In this document: in pieces, positions 15,061 through 20,000 of the stretch
How the letters are laid out: the number at the start of each line of letters is the position of its first letter
How positions within the stretch are numbered: the first letter of the stretch is position 1
DNA from: an uncultured virus (IMG/VR IMGVR_UViG_3300005512_000004)
Taxonomy: Duplodnaviria; Heunggongvirae; Uroviricota; Caudoviricetes
Length of the DNA: 20,000 nt
Strand: one strand, 5' to 3'
Virus record (IMG/VR): IMGVR_UViG_3300005512_000004
Translations under genes and position numbers: made by a program
Notes under the pieces: model-generated
Databases searched by the model: none
What the model saw: only the letters and a program-made list of their open reading frames with translations
What the model was told of the DNA's origin: nothing

Positions 15061-15627
15061 TTAGTCCGTAGCTTTGTCGGCACGGACGAGGCAACGCGCG
15101 CGTGCTCGACGGTCGAGCTCTTTGTCGTCCTCGAGGATGCACTCCAGCTCGTATGCGCGTGCCCAATCGTCCGCCTCCTGGGCCTCCGCGCATGCCTTAA
15201 CGAGCTCGATCATGACACCCGTCCGCTCGTAGTCGAGCGGGGCGATCTCCTCTTGCCACGCCTCGTTATTTTTTCGGTAGAGGCGGCGGCCGTCGAAGTC
15301 GGACAGCCAGGTCACTCCATCCTCGTCCGTCTCCCACGTGACCGCGGGCCCGCTGCCGATGCTGATGCGTCCTTGTGGCTCAGCAACGACAAACTCGCAC
15401 TGGGTGTAGTACTCGCCTATGGGCGAGATCACGTTGCGCGGATGGCGCACCATGCAACCCACCGAATGAATGTGTGCGTCTGAGCGCACGTCTGAGACGA
15501 GCATCAGCTCGAGCGTCTCCTGGCCTTGATGCCCAGTGACGTACCACTCCTGCCACGCACCATTGGGGAACTCCTGGCGCGCCTTTTCCCCGCTCCCCCA
15601 ATACTGCCAAAGTGTGCTCTTTTGCAT
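15061..15627 (-). CDS. Hypothetical protein (188 aa)
   Basis: TAAGGAG SD; leader hairpin upstream. Confidence 0.8.
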   Translation of the reverse strand: MQKSTLWQYWGSGEKARQEFPNGAWQEWYVTGHQGQETLELMLVSDVRSDAHIHSVGCMVRHPRNVISPIGEYYTQCEFVVAEPQGRISIGSGPAVTWETDEDGVTWLSDFDGRRLYRKNNEAWQEEIAPLDYERTGVMIELVKACAEAQEADDWARAYELECILEDDKELDRRARARCLVRADKATD

Positions 15628-15643
15628 ATCTCTCCTTAGTGGG

Positions 15644-15731
15644 TAAACGCAACACGCGTTGTTAGGTACGTTATTATCACGCGAAGAGCTAAAAATTTGC
15701 GCTCTGGGCCGCGCATGTGAGCAACGCGCTC
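15644..15731 (-). promoter_or_regulatory. Hairpin (15719-15731), promoter GCGCAA-N16-GTGATAAT (15673-15702) and leader hairpin (15646-15660)
   Basis: About 45 bp nearly identical to 19633-19677. Confidence 0.7.
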
Positions 15732-15743
15732 GCGCGGCTTTTC

Positions 15744-16196
15744 TTACTCGTCCTCGTCGTTACCCTCGTCAGCATCTTCACACGTAGACGAGCAGTAGGG
15801 CGGGACGGTGTCGTGATCTTCGGTATCGAAGTCGTACCCGCAGGTCGTACAGGTGCAGAGCCGATCCTCGTTCAAGATCGGGTAGTCCGCTAAGCGCTCA
15901 AGCAGCTCTTTCGCCTTTGTGAGCGCGGGCGTGTCTCGCTCGACGACGATATAGTCGAGGTGCCCGACAGCGAAGTGTCCGAAGCGCACTGTCGTGTACG
16001 CGCCTTCAGCCTTCTCAAGTGCGCTACACATCTCGTCGAAGTTTATGCTGTCGAGCGCGTCCGCGTCGCGATGCGTAGAGAGGACAACATAGTCATCACC
16101 CCAATCGTCCAAGACCGCGTCATAATGGAGCGCGAAGTGTCCGTTGCTGTCACGCCCCATCTCTTCGACGAGCTCACGTAGGGTCTGTAGCTCCAT
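15744..16196 (-). CDS. Conserved phage hypothetical protein with a C-terminal Cys cluster
   Basis: RDADAL..INF...FGHFAVG...LADYPILNE pattern; CTTC...YCSSTC. Confidence 0.75.
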   Translation of the reverse strand: MELQTLRELVEEMGRDSNGHFALHYDAVLDDWGDDYVVLSTHRDADALDSINFDEMCSALEKAEGAYTTVRFGHFAVGHLDYIVVERDTPALTKAKELLERLADYPILNEDRLCTCTTCGYDFDTEDHDTVPPYCSSTCEDADEGNDEDE

Positions 16197-16198
16197 AG

Positions 16199-16570
16199 TC
16201 ACCACCAACTGTAGTAGACGACCTTCCAGCCGTCGTTAAGCGCAGCGCGCGCGTCTTCGATAAACTGTGCGACGAGCTCCTCGTTGTGTTTACGGTGAGA
16301 GCCATCGTCATCGCGGACGTTCCAGAAGAACCCCTCCCGATCTTGGAGCTTTTGATAACACTCCGCGAGGTCGTCTAACGTGTCCGTATCAAGCGGCAGC
16401 TCGATACAGTTAAACTCCTGCTCACCACCACGATCGTGATACAGGTCCTCCATGTAGGCCTGCAGGGGTGAGAACTTTCGCCAATAGGCGATCTCCTCAC
16501 GCTCTTCTTTTTCGCCCTCGTTGTCTGTTAGGACGGGGCGCACCTTAAACGCGTATTGATCGAGTCCCAT
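16199..16570 (-). CDS. Conserved phage hypothetical protein (MGLDQY...YWRK family)
   Basis: AAAGGAG SD; MGLDQYA...EIAYWRK...FNC...GFFW...VVYYSWW. Confidence 0.85.
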   Translation of the reverse strand: MGLDQYAFKVRPVLTDNEGEKEEREEIAYWRKFSPLQAYMEDLYHDRGGEQEFNCIELPLDTDTLDDLAECYQKLQDREGFFWNVRDDDGSHRKHNEELVAQFIEDARAALNDGWKVVYYSWW

Positions 16571-16629
16571 GGTATCTCCTTTGACATGGCATGTGTGCGT
16601 CGTTATATACGCGCCCGAAGGAGGTGCGT

Positions 16630-16704
16630 ATGACGCTTGATACAAAGATCTTTATCGCCAACACGGCGATATGGTTGACGATTATGGGGATTCACTCTCT
16701 GTAA
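16630..16704 (+). CDS. Putative antisense 24-aa hydrophobic peptide
   Basis: TTGACA-N17-TATATA (16581-16609), AAGGAGGT SD, MTLDTKIFIANTAIWLTIMGIHSL. Confidence 0.4.
   Translation: MTLDTKIFIANTAIWLTIMGIHSL
16653..16671 (-). promoter_or_regulatory. Pentaloop hairpin TATCGCC-GTGTT-GGCGATA
   Basis: Same loop as the leader hairpins with a different perfect 7-bp stem. Confidence 0.65.
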
Positions 16705-16987
16705 ACACCCACTCGTGGAGCCAGTCTCCCCAAAACTCTTGGGTAAATCCTGCCTGCTTGAGAGCCTGTTCGAGTAGATCGTAGTAGGTATCGAAGAGCG
16801 CCTGCGACGCGGGAGTGTACTCGGTCATACCACTCACCTCGCACGGCGGCTCGTGGTGCTCTGTGATCTCCGGGTGCAGGGTTACGAGCATCTTGTGCGC
16901 CATCTCACAGACGTCAGACATCTGTACCGCTTCACGTGAAGCATGGCACGCCACGATGAACTCGTTGAGCATACACTCTTCTGTCAT
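16682..16987 (-). CDS. Hypothetical acidic protein (101 aa)
   Basis: ATGA overlap with the upstream gene. Confidence 0.7.
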   Translation of the reverse strand: MTEECMLNEFIVACHASREAVQMSDVCEMAHKMLVTLHPEITEHHEPPCEVSGMTEYTPASQALFDTYYDLLEQALKQAGFTQEFWGDWLHEWVFTESESP

Positions 16988-17616
16988 CTCTCGTACCTCT
17001 CGATAAACTCGTCAAGGGTCTCGGGGAACCCCTCGAGGTCTTTCTCTGTGAGAGTGCCTTCCTCGAGATCACACGCCAAAGCGTCTTCCCCATGGATAGC
17101 ATAGACAAGCTCGTTATAAGGTCCGCACGCATCGAGCTCGATCTCCCCCTTCGGGTCGATACGCTGGATACCTCCGAAGTCCATGCCCGGCTCTTCATAC
17201 ACCGCTTCGACAGAGACGCCGTACGTGCGAGCGACGACGCGCAGCCCCGATAGAGGAGGCGCCCACGCGCTCTCGAACGTAATCGAGACGTGGCCAGGGG
17301 CACCGTCATGTACGTCGTACGATGGGTCCCATTTCGTCCCGATGTATCTCGACAGCTCATGGAACGCGCCACCGATGTCAATATCCTGTTCACGGAAGTC
17401 GACCGATGATAGTAGCCTCCCGAAGAGGTAGCGCGCCGAGCCTGTGTTCTCCTCCGTGTGTCCTGTCGTGACGGCGTCGAAGTATTCGGGCACACCCATG
17501 TCGTACGTGTACCCTTGTGCGATGCCAACGCGCTCATCGGTAAGAATCTGCCTGATCACGTCGAGAGCGTCCTCGGAGCCTGTAAACTTCACGCTGTTAC
17601 TGCACCAGTTTGGCAT
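16984..17616 (-). CDS. YubB ferredoxin-like / DUF1281-type protein
   Basis: MPNWCSN...GTKWD...FESAWAPP...YEEPG; AAAGGAG SD. Confidence 0.8.
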   Translation of the reverse strand: MPNWCSNSVKFTGSEDALDVIRQILTDERVGIAQGYTYDMGVPEYFDAVTTGHTEENTGSARYLFGRLLSSVDFREQDIDIGGAFHELSRYIGTKWDPSYDVHDGAPGHVSITFESAWAPPLSGLRVVARTYGVSVEAVYEEPGMDFGGIQRIDPKGEIELDACGPYNELVYAIHGEDALACDLEEGTLTEKDLEGFPETLDEFIERYER

Positions 17617-17899
17617 TTTGCTCTCCTTTTACTGGGATGGTCGTCAGGTCATGCACCCTACGCAACTGCGGTACGAGTGTATGATTTCGTAGGTTGGTGG
17701 GGTCGTACGTTACACGTACTAGTGTGAGAGGGTCCGTGGGCGGAGCATAGCAATCAATGATCTCTGCGAGATCATTGATCTCGCTCTGAGTAAACTCCGC
17801 CATGTTGATAAGACGCGGAACAGAACCCGTGTCCGCGAAACAGTAAAAAGCATCGCATAGATGTGCCTGTAGCGGGTCACTTTCAGTACAATCCGGCAT
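17597..17899 (-). CDS. Hypothetical protein (100 aa)
   Basis: Starts 2 nt after the upstream stop; weak support otherwise. Confidence 0.45.
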   Translation of the reverse strand: MPDCTESDPLQAHLCDAFYCFADTGSVPRLINMAEFTQSEINDLAEIIDCYAPPTDPLTLVRVTYDPTNLRNHTLVPQLRRVHDLTTIPVKGEQNAKLVQ

Positions 17900-17901
17900 G
17901 A

Positions 17902-18147
17902 TTAAATCCTCGGAATCGTGGGGAGTTTGTTGTCTGTGGTTTGCAGAACGCCTGCATCGTTACCCGCCTCGTCACTCATAGGCCAGACGAGCGTACCGTC
18001 GCTGAGCTCGACGACGAGCGTGCTACGCACCCAGCCGACCTCCTGCAGCTCTTCCGCCGTCATATAGCGAACAGACACGATCGTCTTGCCGACGAGCAAC
18101 TCGCTCGCCTTCTTCGTCCACGTCTCGGTGACATTACTTCTGCCCAT
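17902..18147 (-). CDS. Conserved phage hypothetical protein (81 aa)
   Basis: GAGGAG SD; LVGKTIVSVRYMT.EE...GW...DG...PMSD.AGNDAG. Confidence 0.8.
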   Translation of the reverse strand: MGRSNVTETWTKKASELLVGKTIVSVRYMTAEELQEVGWVRSTLVVELSDGTLVWPMSDEAGNDAGVLQTTDNKLPTIPRI

Positions 18148-18529
18148 GTGTGTACTCCTCGTACGTATCGTCGTCACGCGACGTGAGAACGCGCTCCTCG
18201 TGGATGTCGTAGCCGCGTGACATCCAGGCCTGTGGCTTGATATTCTCTACCCAATCTTCGAAGCTCGGGATCTTACCCCCGCAGTCCTCTCGGACGTGCT
18301 GCTCCCCGATTAACCGCACGGGCACCTTCTTGCCATCGCTGTTCACGATGAAGTGCCCGAATACCTTCTCGCACTCGAAGATGCCGAAGGCGTGATGCCG
18401 CAACGCGCGGTGTCGGAAGTTGGCGACAGCGATCTTGGACTCGTCGAACCAGTCGTGAATGGCCTGGTAGTCCTCGGGCTTCCCGCCCCACCTCTTTACG
18501 CATGAGTTTGCGTGATATAACGGATTCAT
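18134..18529 (-). CDS. DUF6915-like protein
   Basis: HA.S.V.RWGG..EDY..IHDWFDESK...RHRALRHH..GIFE.E..FG...NSDGK.VPVR.IGEQHV.ED. Confidence 0.85.
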   Translation of the reverse strand: MNPLYHANSCVKRWGGKPEDYQAIHDWFDESKIAVANFRHRALRHHAFGIFECEKVFGHFIVNSDGKKVPVRLIGEQHVREDCGGKIPSFEDWVENIKPQAWMSRGYDIHEERVLTSRDDDTYEEYTHGQK

Positions 18530-19326
18530 GCCTTCTCCTCACCGAGTTCCTCGTAGTGGTTGTGTGCTAGTCGAGAGGTGACCTCGTGCACATACACGTT
18601 GAAGTCTACTTCCCACGCCCCGTTGTTTCTGCTGAACTCGTACGTCCCATGCCCGCCATCGTTGTTGTACCAGTCCACCCCGCACCCCCCTAGCGCCGCA
18701 TAGACGTGCTCCTCGATCGCCACGAAAACCGTGCGCGCGGTGTAGGTGCAGGTCGTGATGCACGCGCCCGCCTCCGGGTTGTAGCGCTCAGAACAGACGT
18801 AAACCGGGATCTCTGGGAATACGATCTCCGGCTTATTCGACACACCGTTAATCGTGTACGTATACGTCTTGGGCGTAATGTTCTCCTCCCCCACAAAAAG
18901 CTCGATGTGCTCGATTTGCCCGCTGTCACCTCCTCCGTAGAACTCCACGGTCACATACGTCACGCCGTAGGTGAGGTGCATGAGATCGAGGGTCCGGGAC
19001 ATGCTCATATCCAAGATCTCCCGGAATCGTGTGGCGTATTCCTCGAGACCGTCGGGGCGGTCGGAGGTGACCCACATGACGTGCGGGTTCGTCTCTGAGC
19101 CCGCGTTCTTCTCGATGACGAAGAAGTGCATCTTTATCTCCGCCTTGCCCTTCGTGGCCTCGATCAGCGCGATCTCAGCGCACACGAGCTCGTCATCGTC
19201 ACTCAAGACGCGGGCGCGCAGCGAGTCGATATACGTCGTGACCAGCTTCGGGTCGCTGTTCAGGGGCTTGTCGATGTTGTTGATGCGGACGGTGCCGGAG
19301 ATGATGCTGTCGTTGTTGAAGTACAT
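18526..19326 (-). CDS. Protein with a C-terminal DUF6878-like domain
   Basis: F.GGGDSGQIE...DWYNNDGG.G; start placed at the ATG downstream of leader hairpin 19349-19363. Confidence 0.75.
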   Translation of the reverse strand: MYFNNDSIISGTVRINNIDKPLNSDPKLVTTYIDSLRARVLSDDDELVCAEIALIEATKGKAEIKMHFFVIEKNAGSETNPHVMWVTSDRPDGLEEYATRFREILDMSMSRTLDLMHLTYGVTYVTVEFYGGGDSGQIEHIELFVGEENITPKTYTYTINGVSNKPEIVFPEIPVYVCSERYNPEAGACITTCTYTARTVFVAIEEHVYAALGGCGVDWYNNDGGHGTYEFSRNNGAWEVDFNVYVHEVTSRLAHNHYEELGEEKA

Positions 19327-19346
19327 ATACGTATAGCCTTTCGTAG

Positions 19347-19364
19347 TTAACGCAACACGCGTTG
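19347..19364 (-). promoter_or_regulatory. Leader hairpin CAACGCGTGTTGCGTTAA
   Basis: Repeated element. Confidence 0.75.
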
Positions 19365-19382
19365 ATGTTTCATGGTCGAGGA

Positions 19383-19625
19383 TCACTGAAGTCGGCTTAG
19401 TGTCCTTCGCTGCTCCGCGTCCCTCACCGCCTGCTCGACAGACATGTCTCTGTCGGGACTCACATAACCGATGGCCTCCAACAAGGACGAGGCTTCTCGG
19501 TTAAGCTCGTCGTAGCGTTCGCGCAACTCGCTCAATTTCTCTTGGCGAGCGCGGGCCTGCGCACGAGCGACGACCTCAGGGTCGAGCGTACTCAAATCCA
19601 TCTGCGGCCTAAATGCGTCAGACAT
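19383..19625 (-). CDS. Hypothetical coiled-coil protein (80 aa)
   Basis: TAAGGAGG SD. Confidence 0.75.
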   Translation of the reverse strand: MSDAFRPQMDLSTLDPEVVARAQARARQEKLSELRERYDELNREASSLLEAIGYVSPDRDMSVEQAVRDAEQRRTLSRLQ

Positions 19626-19643
19626 GATTTCCTCCTTAGTGAG

Positions 19644-19680
19644 TAAACGCAACGCGCGTTGTTAGGTATGTTATTATAGC
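19644..19680 (-). promoter_or_regulatory. GCTATAAT -10-like box plus leader hairpin AACGC-GCGTT-GCGTT
   Basis: Near copy of 15644-15680. Confidence 0.65.
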
Positions 19681-19789
19681 TAAAAAACGTAATGATTACA
19701 GACCCTTACTATCATCGAGTATGGTCTCTCACACCACACTCCGATGCCCCTGACTTACGCACCTCGTACCGCAGGGGTCACCCTACGGC

Positions 19790-19852
19790 TTACTTGCCGG
19801 TCTTAGGGTTCACGCGGTGTACGACACCACGTGAATCAACATAGTAGGTCAT
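19790..19852 (-). CDS. Putative 20-aa micro-ORF (MTYYVDSRGVVHRVNPKTGK)
   Basis: GAGAGG SD; downstream of promoter motif 19910-19939. Confidence 0.35.
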   Translation of the reverse strand: MTYYVDSRGVVHRVNPKTGK

Positions 19853-19909
19853 GTTGCCTACCTCTCTCCGCAGCCGCGGACTAGGGTTACCGTTCCTTCC
19901 CACCAATTA

Positions 19910-19939
19910 CTTATCACGTAAACAGGTAAATTTTTGCGC
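19910..19939 (-). promoter_or_regulatory. Putative promoter GCGCAA-N16-GTGATAAG
   Basis: Same motif and spacing as the other copies. Confidence 0.55.
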
Positions 19940-19961
19940 TTCGAGCAACACGTGCGCGCAT

Positions 19962-20000
19962 ACTATCATCGTAGTTTTTACCGTCGTTGCGGACGTCGTA
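19962..20000. repeat. 39-bp exact copy of 11360-11398 (runs off the window end)
   Basis: ACTATCATCGTAGTTTTTACCGTCGTTGCGGACGTCGTA. Confidence 0.9.

Noticed and set aside
14049..15731. Recurrent AACGCAACACGCGTT repeats as a CRISPR array
   Set aside because: Spacing is irregular (hundreds of bp), the intervening DNA is protein-coding and there are no cas genes
15644..19661. Two leader copies exactly 4000 bp apart
   Set aside because: No periodicity among the other copies; treated as coincidence
17654..19787. 12-bp inverted match CTGCGGTACGAG (17666 vs 19763) and shared CACCCTACG
   Set aside because: Short enough to occur by chance in 20 kb, and the relative orientations are inconsistent
1..20000. 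Stop-codon reassignment as an explanation of the micro-ORFs
   Set aside because: Recognisable genes are full length in the standard code and end in TAA, TAG and TGA

Overview
This 20 kb window of moderately GC-rich DNA most likely comes from a large dsDNA bacteriophage. It has dense small genes with strong Shine-Dalgarno sites, a minimal ATP-dependent DNA ligase, a pyrimidine-dimer glycosylase-like gene and several phage hypothetical families, but no structural genes, rRNA, tRNA or CRISPR. Two gene classes are visible. (1) Small-gene operons at 2116-6935 (+) and about 14000-19850 (-) carry a shared bipartite promoter-like motif (CAA-N16-GYSATAAK). They also carry many copies of a sense-strand hairpin with a conserved C-GNGTT-G pentaloop and co-varying stems. 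(2) A central divergent block (6932-14004) encodes seven mostly basic proteins that share an N-terminal 'MFYE(V)LMEKxA / MFYEKLA' leader fused to unrelated cargo: HExxH protease-like, two ADP-ribosyltransferase-like, a flavodoxin-type FMN reductase and a repeat protein. The three + strand members are each preceded by a near-identical 31-32 bp intergenic cassette. All family assignments come from motif recognition by eye, not from database searches.
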